Source: Candidatus Omnitrophota bacterium (GTDB lineage Bacteria; Omnitrophota; Gorgyraeia; Duberdicusellales; 4484-171). From it: DNA of 64,000 nt. Within the stretch, counting starts at the first letter, position 1. Every line of letters starts with the position of its first letter. A program made the position numbers and the translations under genes. The notes under the pieces are model-generated. The model worked only from the letters and a program-made list of their open reading frames with translations, made no database searches and had not been told where the DNA came from. The stretch spans positions 123,446 through 187,445 of the forward strand of contig PMCS01000030.1 of the NCBI GenBank assembly GCA_003154195.1, in the 5' to 3' direction. This document shows positions 1-9,403 of the stretch, piece by piece.

Positions 1-369
1 ACGAAATCGGCTTTAATCTGCCGGGGGTTAAAAGAAATGGCCAGGTTTGCCAAGGCTTATAAAGTAAAAGAAGAAACCCTTTACGGTATAAGCGGCCTCG
101 GCGATTTATGTACGACTTGTTTTTCGCCGTTGTCGCGCAACCGTTCGGTAGGCGAGGTAATCGGTAAAGGCAAAGCTTTAGGAGAGGTGTTAAACGGCAT
201 GAAAATGGTGGCTGAGGGGATTACTACGGTAAAATCAGTATATAAATTGAGCAAAAAATTTAAAATAGATATGCCGATAACCAAAGAAGTCTATCGTGTT
301 CTTTATGAAAACAAACCCGCTGCCAGGGCAGTAAAAGACTTGATGTCCCGGCCGTTAAAAACGGAGTAA
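1..369 (+). CDS. gpsA: NAD(P)H-dependent glycerol-3-phosphate dehydrogenase, C-terminal part (5'-truncated at the window edge)
   Basis: The frame-1 ORF is open from nt 1. The translation TKSALICRGLKEM...VAEGITT...VYRVLYE matches the GpsA C-terminal domain. TAA stop at 367-369. Confidence 0.8.
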   Translation, partial: TKSALICRGLKEMARFAKAYKVKEETLYGISGLGDLCTTCFSPLSRNRSVGEVIGKGKALGEVLNGMKMVAEGITTVKSVYKLSKKFKIDMPITKEVYRVLYENKPAARAVKDLMSRPLKTE

Positions 370-372
370 AAT

Positions 373-510
373 ATGAGAGGGTGTTGCGTAAATCGGCGGC
401 GTATTGCTGAAAATATCGAGGCCGGCGATTGGACGACAGTTTTGTTAGGTATTGCCGTATTTATCGTTGTTGCCGCGATAGCGGTTTTAGCGGTTGTGAT
501 GATATTTTAA
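373..510 (+). CDS. hypothetical small membrane protein (45 aa, single predicted TM helix)
   Basis: ATG at 373 to TAA at 508-510; the hydrophobic stretch LLGIAVFIVVAAIAVLAVVMIF predicts one TM helix. It is below the size cutoff of the ORF track. Confidence 0.25.
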   Translation: MRGCCVNRRRIAENIEAGDWTTVLLGIAVFIVVAAIAVLAVVMIF

Positions 511-675
511 ACGCTTGTTCAAAACTTCCTTTACACCCCTATAAAACTGGGTATAATTAAATTTTCAGGGATTTTTTCAGGCAGTTTATCGCATGGCCGG
601 GAAAGTCTCGTAGGGGAGTTTGGTTAGATAACTATTTTATAAAGGAAATAAAAACCTGAATAATTGCTTTTTAAA

Positions 676-753
676 CGGGGAGTAGCGCAGTTGGCTTAGC
701 GCACTTGCTTGGGGTGCAAGAGGCCGCGGGTTCAAGTCCCGCCTCCCCGACCA
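676..753 (+). tRNA. tRNA-Pro (anticodon GGG), CCA encoded
   Basis: Cloverleaf: acceptor stem CGGGGAG/CTCCCCG, D-arm GCGC...GCGC, anticodon stem CTTGC/GCAAG with loop TTGGGGT, T-arm GCGGG-TTCAAGT-CCCGC, discriminator A plus CCA. Confidence 0.9.
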
Positions 754-870
754 TATTGGTAACTCGTAAGGCAGGCGAGGGAAGTAGGCTCATCGTAACG
801 CGGTAGGCCTAATACATTCTTGGAAGCAATAGCGCTTCGCGCACTGTGTCCTGCGGACACAGATTGTTTG

Positions 871-889
871 CAAGTCCCGCCTCCCCGAC
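871..889 (+). repeat. Direct repeat of the tRNA-Pro 3' end (CAAGTCCCGCCTCCCCGAC), att-site-like
   Basis: The 19 bp at 871-889 are identical to 734-752 (tRNA-Pro T-arm/acceptor 3' half). A hairpin GCACTGTGTCCTGCGGACACAG precedes it. Confidence 0.6.
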
Positions 890-1101
890 GTTTTATTTTT
901 ACTTCGTAAAAATAAAACGCGGTTGTAATTTTTCGCGAAGCGAAAAATTACGGGGATAAATTCAAGAATAATAAAAAACAGAAATTTTAAAAATGTTTTT
1001 ATGGGTAGTTATTTTTTATATAAATATTATTTTTTACGGAGTAAAAAATAATATTTAGGAGGATGTTTATTTTTTAAGAAGTAAAAAATAAACATAAAAT
1101 T

Positions 1102-1458
1102 ATGAAATATAACGGCCCGGAAAAAAGAAAATTTATCAGGATAACCGCAAGCTGTACGGTGAGTTATAAACCTGAAGAAGTTGACAGCCACCACGATATA
1201 ACCTTTACGAGAGACATCAGCCAGGGCGGAGCAATTATTACTACGGATAAGAGTTTCACTCCAGGAACTGCGCTTGCTATTGTAATAAGGCTGCCTTCTT
1301 TACCGGAGAAGATCGAGGCTACGGTAAAGGTGGTAAATTGCCGGGAAGTTGTAAAAAATTCCATATATGAAACAAGAGTAAAATTTATCGATTTAAGCCC
1401 GCAGTATGTTCAAAGATTAGGCGAATTCGTTGAGGCTAAAAGCGGAGGAAAAAAATGA
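1102..1458 (+). CDS. PilZ-domain c-di-GMP-binding protein
   Basis: RxxxR motif (RKFIR) plus DxSxGG motif (DISQGGA) are typical of PilZ. 118 aa. Confidence 0.75.
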   Translation: MKYNGPEKRKFIRITASCTVSYKPEEVDSHHDITFTRDISQGGAIITTDKSFTPGTALAIVIRLPSLPEKIEATVKVVNCREVVKNSIYETRVKFIDLSPQYVQRLGEFVEAKSGGKK

Positions 1459-1805
1459 AGACATATGTCGGCAGCGAAAAAAGAAAGCACCCCAGGCTTA
1501 GCGCAAATTTTATAATCAGCTACAGGATAACACAGGTTCCTGAAAATTATGATTTAAGCCAAACGAAAAACGTGAGCCAGGGCGGCATATTGCTGACTAC
1601 TAATAAAAAGTTTGAAAAAGGCTTATGTCTTGCTTTAACCATAAGATTTCCTTTTATTTCCCAAAGGATATCCGTGCACGGAGAAGTTGTGGAATCTAAA
1701 GAAGTGGTAAGAGACCTGATTTATGAAACAAGAGTAAAGTTTCTTGATTTAGATACGGAATTATTTGAAAAAGTAGGCGAGTTTGTTAAAAAATACCTGA
1801 AATAA
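1455..1805 (+). CDS. PilZ-domain protein, tandem paralog
   Basis: RKHPR and NVSQGG motifs. It overlaps the upstream paralog by 4 nt (ATGA) and is alignable to it along its full length. Confidence 0.75.
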   Translation: MKTYVGSEKRKHPRLSANFIISYRITQVPENYDLSQTKNVSQGGILLTTNKKFEKGLCLALTIRFPFISQRISVHGEVVESKEVVRDLIYETRVKFLDLDTELFEKVGEFVKKYLK

Positions 1806-1856
1806 ACTTATGCTCAAAGTGAAATTTGGGACGATTAGTCCCCAGCGGAGCTGGTT

Positions 1857-3125
1857 ATGATCAAGCGAATCGGTATAATCGGTTTAGGCAATGTCGGACA
1901 GGCAACAGTACGTTCAATTATCAAATATTCTTCCTTGATTGCGCGGCGCGCTTCGGTAAAAATAGAAATCAAAGGTTTGTGCGACGTGCGAAAAGCAAAA
2001 GGAAAGTTCGCCGCGAAGTTTTCCCTGCCCTTCACCACCGACGCGGAGCAGCTCATTAACGACCCGGATATAGATATAATTGTAGAGCTGATCGGCGGCA
2101 ATGAGCCGGCTAAGACTTTTATTACCAAAGCGTTAAAGGCCGGTAAAAGCGTAGTAACCGCGAATAAATCTTTGCTCGCCTGCTCCGGCCGCGAAATTTT
2201 TAGCCTTGCCAAAAAATACAATAAAGCTATTGGCTTCGAAGCTTCGGTATGCGGCGCGATACCGCTGATCAAGAGTATTTCGGAAGGTTTAGTAAGCTGC
2301 CAGGTGAATAAAATATACGGCATTCTTAATGGAACGACCAACTATATCCTTTATCAAATGGCCAAAGAAAGAATAGATTTCTCCAACGCTTTACGCGAAG
2401 CTCAAGGCAAAGGGTTTGCCGAAAGGAATCCTGTTCTTGATATCGAAGGAAAAGATACTTTACATAAACTTTGTATTTTAACTTACCTTTGTTTTGGCGT
2501 ATGGCCTGATCCGGCCAAAGTTTATACCGAAGGGATTTCCAATATATCGCTGCTGGATATTCTTTACGCGGAAGAACTCGACTACCATATAAAATTATTG
2601 GCGGTGGCGGAAAAAGAAAGAGGTAAATTGAACTTAAGGGTGCATCCTACTTTTTTATCCGAAGACCATCCCTTATCGGAAACCTCTTCGGCGTTTAACG
2701 CGGTTTTTCTTGATACCGAACCGGCAGGCGACCTTCTTTTTTACGGCCAGGGCGCGGGCGGGGCCGCGACATCGTCGGCGGTGATTTCCGATATCGTGAG
2801 CATATCTTTAGACGGTAAATCAAATTTACGAAAAGAAATACGGGTGAAATTCCGCAATATCGACGATACGGCGTCGCGTTATTATATACGGTTTATGGCG
2901 CAGGATAAGCCGGGGGTACTGGCCCGTATTTCCCGGATACTGGCGTCATTTAATATCAGCATTGCTTCGGTCAGCCAGAAGGAAAGAGGAAGAAAGAAAA
3001 CCGTGCCAATTATCATGATCACCCATGACGTTAAAGAGCGCGATATGAAAAAAGCGCTTGCCAAAATTGATGCTCTTCCTGAAATCAAATACCCTTCGCA
3101 GAAGATAAGGATAGAAGATTTGTAA
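1857..3125 (+). CDS. hom: homoserine dehydrogenase
   Basis: N-terminal Rossmann IGIIGLGNVGQ, catalytic domain and C-terminal ACT domain. The RBS GGAGCTGG precedes ATG 1857. Confidence 0.9.
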   Translation: MIKRIGIIGLGNVGQATVRSIIKYSSLIARRASVKIEIKGLCDVRKAKGKFAAKFSLPFTTDAEQLINDPDIDIIVELIGGNEPAKTFITKALKAGKSVVTANKSLLACSGREIFSLAKKYNKAIGFEASVCGAIPLIKSISEGLVSCQVNKIYGILNGTTNYILYQMAKERIDFSNALREAQGKGFAERNPVLDIEGKDTLHKLCILTYLCFGVWPDPAKVYTEGISNISLLDILYAEELDYHIKLLAVAEKERGKLNLRVHPTFLSEDHPLSETSSAFNAVFLDTEPAGDLLFYGQGAGGAATSSAVISDIVSISLDGKSNLRKEIRVKFRNIDDTASRYYIRFMAQDKPGVLARISRILASFNISIASVSQKERGRKKTVPIIMITHDVKERDMKKALAKIDALPEIKYPSQKIRIEDL

Positions 3126-3201
3126 ACGCAGATGATCGCAGATTAAATGATACTGATGATCGCTGATATGAAAATATAACGCAGTGGAAGAAATAAAACT
3201 T

Positions 3202-4284
3202 ATGGAAAATAATCACCGAGGAATAATTTTAAATTATAAGAAATATCTGCCGGTTAGCGATAAGACTCCGATCGTTACTTTGCGGGAGGGTAATACTCCG
3301 CTTATTTCTGCCCCGGTGCTTTCCGCTTTTTGCGGCAAAAACGTTAAGGTGTATCTTAAATACGAAGGCCTCAATCCTACCGGTTCGTTTAAAGACAGGG
3401 GGATGACCATGGCGATATCCAAGGCCAAAGAAGAGGGTGCTGGCGCCGTGATCTGCGCTTCTACGGGGAACACTTCCGCTTCCGCCGCGGCGTATAGTGC
3501 CAGGGCCGGCATAAAGTGTATCGTGGTGATACCGCAGGGCGCGATTGCCCTGGGAAAGCTTGCTCAGGCGATGATCCATGGGGCTAAAGTTGTCGCCGTC
3601 CAGGGTAATTTTGACGATGCCCTGAGAATTGTCTGTGAACTTTCGGAAAAATATAAAATATGCTTGGTGAATTCCATAAATCCCTACCGTATCGAAGGCC
3701 AGAAAACTGCGGCTTTTGAGATTTGCGATGATCTGGGCGCGCCGCCGCATTACCATATCTTGCCGGTGGGTAACGCCGGGAATATCACGGCTTATTGGAA
3801 AGGCTATAAAGAATACTACGCGCATGGGAAAACAGCCTATTTACCGCACATGTTCGGTTTTCAGGCCAAAGGCTCATGCCCGATTGTCAAGGGTAAGCCG
3901 GTTAAGAATCCCCACACCATTGCTACAGCGATAAAAATCGGCAATCCCGCCAGCTGGCAGAAAGCCGTGGAAGCGAGAGATGAATCTGGGGGGATTATTT
4001 CCGCGGTCAGCGATAGCGAGATTCTGGCGGCTTATAAAGTTTTAGCGGCTCGGGAAGGAGTTTTCGCGGAGCCGGCTTCCGCGGCATCCGTGGCGGGGCT
4101 GCTTAAACTGGCTAAAGAAGGGTTCTTTAAAACCCATAAGACTAAAGAGATGAAAGAGACGGTTGTTGTCTGCACCCTTACCGGCCATGGCCTTAAAGAC
4201 CCCGAGATAGTAATAAAAAATATAAAATACCCGCCGATTGTCCCCGCAAAAATAGAAGCGGTTATGAAAGCTGCGAGGATGTAA
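3202..4284 (+). CDS. thrC: threonine synthase
   Basis: PLP-fold motifs [10 protein letters not shown] and ASTGNTSAS. The ORF track starts at GTG 3184; ATG 3202 is the preferred start. Confidence 0.9.
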   Translation: MENNHRGIILNYKKYLPVSDKTPIVTLREGNTPLISAPVLSAFCGKNVKVYLKYEGLNPTGSFKDRGMTMAISKAKEEGAGAVICASTGNTSASAAAYSARAGIKCIVVIPQGAIALGKLAQAMIHGAKVVAVQGNFDDALRIVCELSEKYKICLVNSINPYRIEGQKTAAFEICDDLGAPPHYHILPVGNAGNITAYWKGYKEYYAHGKTAYLPHMFGFQAKGSCPIVKGKPVKNPHTIATAIKIGNPASWQKAVEARDESGGIISAVSDSEILAAYKVLAAREGVFAEPASAASVAGLLKLAKEGFFKTHKTKEMKETVVVCTLTGHGLKDPEIVIKNIKYPPIVPAKIEAVMKAARM

Positions 4285-4358
4285 ACAAGCACAGATGATC
4301 ACTGATTGAATGAAGCAGATGATCGCTGAAAAAGCTTGAAACCGTTATCGCAAAAAAT

Positions 4359-5951
4359 ATGAAAGACTTTTACGATAAGTTAGTCAACATTCTTGATGAA
4401 GCTGTCCAGAAAGAATACGACGTAAAATTGGAAGCGCCGCTCTGGGAGCTTCCGTCCAAGCAGGAATTCGGCGACCTTTCCACGATGGCGGCGATGAAGC
4501 TTGCTTCGTCGACGAAACAGGATCCTTTAGCGATTGCCGAAAGACTGAAGGGCATTTTAGACAAAGAACTCTCAGGGATTGTCGAGAAAATCGAGATTCT
4601 GAAACCAGCTTTTATCAATATATTTTTCTCCCGCAAAATCATCTTCGATTCGTTGAGCGGTGTGTTGAACGAAAAGGACAAGTTTTTCCGCCGCGATTTT
4701 AAACGCAAAGTTTTAATTGAATTTTGCAGCGCCAACCCTACCGGCCCGATTTCTATCGCCCATGGCAGGCAGGCGGTAGTAGGGGACGCTATCGCTAATA
4801 TCCTGAAATTCTGCGGTAATGGTGTTGAGAAGGAGTATTATGTAAACGATGAAGGCAACCAGATTGATTTGTTGGTAGAATCGGTTGCCCAGCGGATAAA
4901 AGAAATCAAAGGCGAACCGTTTGCTATTCCTGAAGGCGGCTATGTCGGCGAATATATCAAAAATACGGCGCAAGCTTATCTAAATGAAGGCGCGCTGGAT
5001 TTAAGGGAATTTACCCTGGCCCATATGCTGAATTGGATTAAGAAGGATTTAGCGTCCGCCGGCATAGACTATGACAATTGGCAGAGTCAGAAAAAAATCA
5101 TGCAGGAATGCAAAGTCGCCGCCGCGGTAGAATTATTAAGGTCTAAGGGGCTGCTTTATGATAAAGAAGAGGCATTGTGGTTCAGTTCGACTAAATTTGG
5201 CGACGATAAAGACCGCGTAATAAGAAAAGAGAACGGCGATCTTACTTATTTTGCTTACGATATCGCTTATCATAGAGACAAAATCGTGCGAGGTTTTGAC
5301 TTATTGATAAACCTCTGGGGGCCCGACCACCACGGATATATCAACCGGGTAAAATCGGCGATTGAGGCGCTTGGCTATAGTCGGGATATCCTTCATGTGA
5401 TTATCATGCAGTTGGTAACGCTTAAGAGTAAAGAGAAGATGTCCAAGCGTAAAGGCACGGCGATTCTATTTTCCGAACTTCGGGAAGATGTCGGCAAGGA
5501 CGCGGCGCGCTATTTTTATTTAACCAGGCGTAATTCTTCGATTTTAGAGTTTGACATCGATTTAGCTAAAGAAGCCAGCGTCAACAACCCGCTTTTTTAC
5601 GCCCAATACGCCTGCGCCCGCATTGAGAGCATTTTCCAGAAAGCTCAAGGGCAAAACTTTACCGGCGCGGATATAAGCAAGCTTGATGAAGCCGCGGAAA
5701 TCAATTTAGTCCGCGCGATTTTGCAATTTTCCTTTGCCGTCGAGAAAGCGTATTATACTTATGAACCGGTTTTTATCGTCGAATATCTCAAAGTTTTAGC
5801 GGCATCCTTCCATAAATTCTACGAAACTACCCGCGTCATCGTCGACGACCAGGAATTGACCCGCGCCCGGCTGAATCTCATTGCCGCCACTAAAACGGTT
5901 TTGCATTGCGCTTTGAATTTGCTAGGGATAACCCCGGTGCAGAAAATGTAA
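4359..5951 (+). CDS. argS: arginine--tRNA ligase
   Basis: Class I motifs: PTGPISIAHGR (HIGH-like) and KMSKRKG. 530 aa. Confidence 0.9.
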   Translation: MKDFYDKLVNILDEAVQKEYDVKLEAPLWELPSKQEFGDLSTMAAMKLASSTKQDPLAIAERLKGILDKELSGIVEKIEILKPAFINIFFSRKIIFDSLSGVLNEKDKFFRRDFKRKVLIEFCSANPTGPISIAHGRQAVVGDAIANILKFCGNGVEKEYYVNDEGNQIDLLVESVAQRIKEIKGEPFAIPEGGYVGEYIKNTAQAYLNEGALDLREFTLAHMLNWIKKDLASAGIDYDNWQSQKKIMQECKVAAAVELLRSKGLLYDKEEALWFSSTKFGDDKDRVIRKENGDLTYFAYDIAYHRDKIVRGFDLLINLWGPDHHGYINRVKSAIEALGYSRDILHVIIMQLVTLKSKEKMSKRKGTAILFSELREDVGKDAARYFYLTRRNSSILEFDIDLAKEASVNNPLFYAQYACARIESIFQKAQGQNFTGADISKLDEAAEINLVRAILQFSFAVEKAYYTYEPVFIVEYLKVLAASFHKFYETTRVIVDDQELTRARLNLIAATKTVLHCALNLLGITPVQKM

Positions 5952-6096
5952 GATGGTTAATCATTCTTTGCCGGACAACTAGCCGGTTATTTGGATTCTG
6001 CCGGTTGGCAACCGGTTGTTTGTTCAAAAATGTTTTCAATAATATTTTACTAAACGCAAAAAAACAAAATTTTCTCTTAAATTCTTCCTAAATTGT

Positions 6097-6105
6097 GGTA
6101 CAATT
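6097..6105 (+). promoter_or_regulatory. extended -10 promoter element (TGGTACAAT) upstream of gcvT
   Basis: A TGnTAnAAT-type sequence lies about 25 nt upstream of ATG 6130. Confidence 0.3.
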
Positions 6106-6129
6106 ATCTTCCCTTTGCAAAAAATAAAT

Positions 6130-7230
6130 ATGGAACTAAAAAAGACGCCACTTTACCCAAAACATCTGGAAAATAAAGGCCGTATGGTTGATTTCGGCGG
6201 TTGGGCGATGCCGGTAGAATACGAGAGTATTTTAAAGGAAGCCAGGGCTACGCGTTTGACCTGCGGTTTGTTTGACGCTTCTCATATGGGGGAGATCAGG
6301 ATAAGAGGTAAACGAGCGCTCGAGTTTTTACAGAAAGTTATTTCCAACGATATTACTCTTACGCAGCCCGGGCAATTGCAGTATAACCTTTTTTTAAACG
6401 ATAACGGCACGGTTATCGACGATTTGATGGTGTATAACTTTGGCCGGGAGTATCTTTGTGTGGTGAATGCTTCCAATACGGATAAAGATTTTGAATGGCT
6501 GAAAGAGAATAAGCTTGAAGGCGTAGAGATTGTGAACGAAAGTGGTATTACCTCCCTCCTTTCCCTTCAGGGGCCGAACGCTTATGCTTTAATGAAAGAG
6601 GTTATCGGCAGGGATTTTAATTCAAAGTATATGCGTTTCGCCCAGGAGAATATAAACGGCAAGCTGATTCTGCTTTCCCGCAGCGGTTATACCGGCGAAG
6701 ACGGTTTTGAGATTTATTCTTCCAATGACGACGCGCTTTTTTTGTGGGATTTAATTTTAGAAAAAGGTAAAAAATCAGGGTTGGTTTTATGCGGCTTGGG
6801 TTCGCGGGATATCCTGCGTGTCGAAGCCGGTTATTCCCTGTACGGCCACGAAATCAGCGACGGCATCAATCCGCTGGAGGCGGGTTTAGCCTGGGCGGTA
6901 AAATTCAATAAAGATTTTATCGGTAAAGACAGGCTTTTAGAAATTAAAGAAAAAGGCTTATCGCGTAAGCGCGTCGGATTCATCATGCAGGAAAGAGCGA
7001 TGCCGCGTCAGGGTTATACCGTGTATGCCGGTAACGCGCCGGTAGGCGAACCAGTAGGTTCGGTTACCAGCGGCGCTTATTCTCCCAATCTGGATAAATT
7101 TATCGGCATGGCTTTAGTCGATGTGAATTGTGCTGCGAATGGTGGTGAAATCGTGATAAAAGTGAGAGATAATTTTTATAAAGCTAAAATCGAAAAATTT
7201 CCTTTTATCGTGCCCAAGACATTACATTAA
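6130..7230 (+). CDS. gcvT: glycine cleavage system aminomethyltransferase T
   Basis: N-terminus TPLYPKHLENKGRMVDFGGWAMPVEY plus a GCV_T domain. The ORF track TTG at 6115 was replaced by ATG 6130. Confidence 0.9.
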   Translation: MELKKTPLYPKHLENKGRMVDFGGWAMPVEYESILKEARATRLTCGLFDASHMGEIRIRGKRALEFLQKVISNDITLTQPGQLQYNLFLNDNGTVIDDLMVYNFGREYLCVVNASNTDKDFEWLKENKLEGVEIVNESGITSLLSLQGPNAYALMKEVIGRDFNSKYMRFAQENINGKLILLSRSGYTGEDGFEIYSSNDDALFLWDLILEKGKKSGLVLCGLGSRDILRVEAGYSLYGHEISDGINPLEAGLAWAVKFNKDFIGKDRLLEIKEKGLSRKRVGFIMQERAMPRQGYTVYAGNAPVGEPVGSVTSGAYSPNLDKFIGMALVDVNCAANGGEIVIKVRDNFYKAKIEKFPFIVPKTLH

Positions 7231-7443
7231 GAACATAAAAATTCCCCTTAAGAATCAAAGAAAGCCATAGGATGATTGTAGAAATTTTTAGCCACTAAGA
7301 CACAAAGGCACTAAGATTATACATCGAGCTAAAGACAAAGAACATTATGATTAATTTCATTATAAATTGTAAATTTATCATTTCGGTACCTGTTATTTTT
7401 TCTTAGTGTTTTGGTGCCTTTGTGGCGGAAAAAAGGGGGTAAG

Positions 7444-7818
7444 ATGTTAAAATTCAGTAAATCTCATGAATGGGCGAAGATAGACGGCAGTACGGCAATG
7501 ATGGGGATTACCGATTACGCCCAACATTCGCTGGGTGATATTGTTTTTGTGGAATTACCTAAAGCGGGGACAAAGGTAACCCAGTCCGGCCGTTTAGGGA
7601 CAATCGAATCGACCAAGGCAGCCAGTGAATTATATTCGCCAATATCCGGGGAAGTTATTGAGGTTAACAAAGAGCTCGCCGGCAAGCCTCAGCTGGTAAA
7701 TGAAGACCCTCTCGGCAGGGGTTGGATGATTAAAATTAAAATAGCTAATCAGAAAGAAAGCGAAGGTTTAATGGACGAAGCGCAGTATAGAGAGTTTGTA
7801 GAAAAAGAAAAACATTAA
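7444..7818 (+). CDS. gcvH: glycine cleavage system H protein
   Basis: Lipoyl-lysine context ESTKAASELYSPISGEV. The RBS AAGGGGGT precedes ATG 7444; the ORF track TTG at 7411 was rejected. Confidence 0.9.
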   Translation: MLKFSKSHEWAKIDGSTAMMGITDYAQHSLGDIVFVELPKAGTKVTQSGRLGTIESTKAASELYSPISGEVIEVNKELAGKPQLVNEDPLGRGWMIKIKIANQKESEGLMDEAQYREFVEKEKH

Positions 7819-7948
7819 ATAACCTAAAAACTGAAAAACTGAAGAAGTAAGAAAAAGATATAAAACTAGTTTCAGTTTCATGGTTTTTATATTTTCTAGT
7901 TTTTAGTTCTTCAGTTTTTAGGTTTTTACGTTTTTTGGTGCATTAATT

Positions 7949-9292
7949 ATGCCTTACATCCTAAACACCGAAGCCGACATCAAGGAAATGCTTAAAGCGA
8001 TAGGGTTAAATTCGCTCGATGAGCTTTTCCGCCGGTTGCCCGGGCAAATCAGATTAAAAGAACCGCTGAAGATCGCCGCCGGCCTCAGCGAGTATCAAGT
8101 TAAAAGCGCTGTTGCTGCTTTGGCGGCAAAAAACACCCCGGTCGATGGTTTTAATTCTTTTTTAGGCGCGGGTTGTTATGACCACTATATACCTGCGGCA
8201 TTACCGTCGATAATTTCGCGTTCAGAATTTGTTACCGCTTATACTCCCTATCAGGCGGAAGCCTCTCAGGGGTCTTTGCAGGCGATTTATGAGTATCAAA
8301 GCTATATCTGTCTTTTGACGGGCATGGATGTTGCCAATGCTTCGATGTTTGACGGCGCTTCCAGTATGGCGGAAGCGGCGTTGATGGCTTTGCGCATAAC
8401 CGGCAGGGATAAAATAGTTGTTTCCGGATCAATCCATCCCGAATTCCGGCAAACCTTAAAAACATATTTATCCGGTTTTGATTTCACGATAAAAAACGTC
8501 GGCTTTGATGAGCATGGTTTTGTCGATACCGGAAGCTTAAACGAGGCTATTGATGGCCGGTCGGCGTGTTTTATCGCGCAGAGCCCTAATTTTTTCGGGT
8601 TAATCGAAGACGCGGCAAAAATCGGCAGGATGATTAAGGAGAAGGGAGCCATTTTCATTATGGTTGCCAATCCTTTGTCTCTGGCGATTTTAAATGACCC
8701 GGCTTCCCTGGGCGTGGATATTTTTTGCGGCGACGGCCAGCCTTTAGGCGGAGCGCTGAATTTCGGCGGCCCTGCTTTCGGCATTCTGGCGACGCGAAAC
8801 GAATATTTGCGCCAGTTGCCGGGAAGGATCGTCGGTAAGACTACCGACCGGCAGGGGAAAGAAGCGTATTGCCTTACGATGCAGGCCAGAGAACAGCATA
8901 TCCGGAGAGAAAAAGCGACCAGTAATATTTGTTCCAACCAATCGCTTAACGCCATCGGCGCGGCGGTTTATCTTTCCCTTATGGGTAAAGAAGGGTTGAC
9001 CGGCGCGGCGCTGAGATCTTTAGAAATGGCGCGGTATCTTCATGAGTGTTTAAAGAATGTAGGAAAAGTTAAAATTAAATTTTCATCGCGATTTTTTAAC
9101 GAGTTTGTCTGGGAAATCGAAGGCGCAAAAAAAATTGTAAAGAAACTTTATAAAAAAAGAATAATCGCCGGTTTTCTTTTAGGCGAATTCTATCCCAAAT
9201 TAAAAAATTGTATTTTGAGTTGTTGCACTGAGAAAAAAAGTAAAGGCGATATTGATAATTTTATTGAAACATTGAAAAATGTAATTTGTTGA
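7949..9292 (+). CDS. gcvPA: glycine dehydrogenase (decarboxylating) subunit 1
   Basis: GDC-P N-terminal subunit signature. It follows gcvH in the operon. Confidence 0.9.
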   Translation: MPYILNTEADIKEMLKAIGLNSLDELFRRLPGQIRLKEPLKIAAGLSEYQVKSAVAALAAKNTPVDGFNSFLGAGCYDHYIPAALPSIISRSEFVTAYTPYQAEASQGSLQAIYEYQSYICLLTGMDVANASMFDGASSMAEAALMALRITGRDKIVVSGSIHPEFRQTLKTYLSGFDFTIKNVGFDEHGFVDTGSLNEAIDGRSACFIAQSPNFFGLIEDAAKIGRMIKEKGAIFIMVANPLSLAILNDPASLGVDIFCGDGQPLGGALNFGGPAFGILATRNEYLRQLPGRIVGKTTDRQGKEAYCLTMQAREQHIRREKATSNICSNQSLNAIGAAVYLSLMGKEGLTGAALRSLEMARYLHECLKNVGKVKIKFSSRFFNEFVWEIEGAKKIVKKLYKKRIIAGFLLGEFYPKLKNCILSCCTEKKSKGDIDNFIETLKNVIC

Positions 9293-9403
9293 GCCGGTTG
9301 GGATTGTTGAGCCTGTTAGTGCCGTTAGAAGATTTTAACGCTACAACCGGCTCAACCGACTTAACTGGCTCAACGAAAACACGATTTTAGTTCAGGTTAT
9401 TTT

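Noticed and set aside
780-890. A second full tRNA gene downstream of tRNA-Pro.
   Set aside because: Only the 3' 19 nt of the tRNA are duplicated. No D-arm or anticodon arm or T-stem 5' half is present.
1826-2341. ORFs 1826..2059 (plus strand) and 1835..2341 (minus strand).
   Set aside because: They overlap the well-supported hom gene in alternative or antisense frames and have low-complexity, Arg-rich translations.
5952-6129. Glycine riboswitch expected upstream of gcvT.
   Set aside because: The leader is AT-rich with an extended -10, but I could not find the conserved glycine-aptamer cores (GGAGAG...CACCG). The same holds for the gcvT-gcvH and gcvH-gcvPA spacers, which instead carry AACTGAAAAAC-type hairpins.
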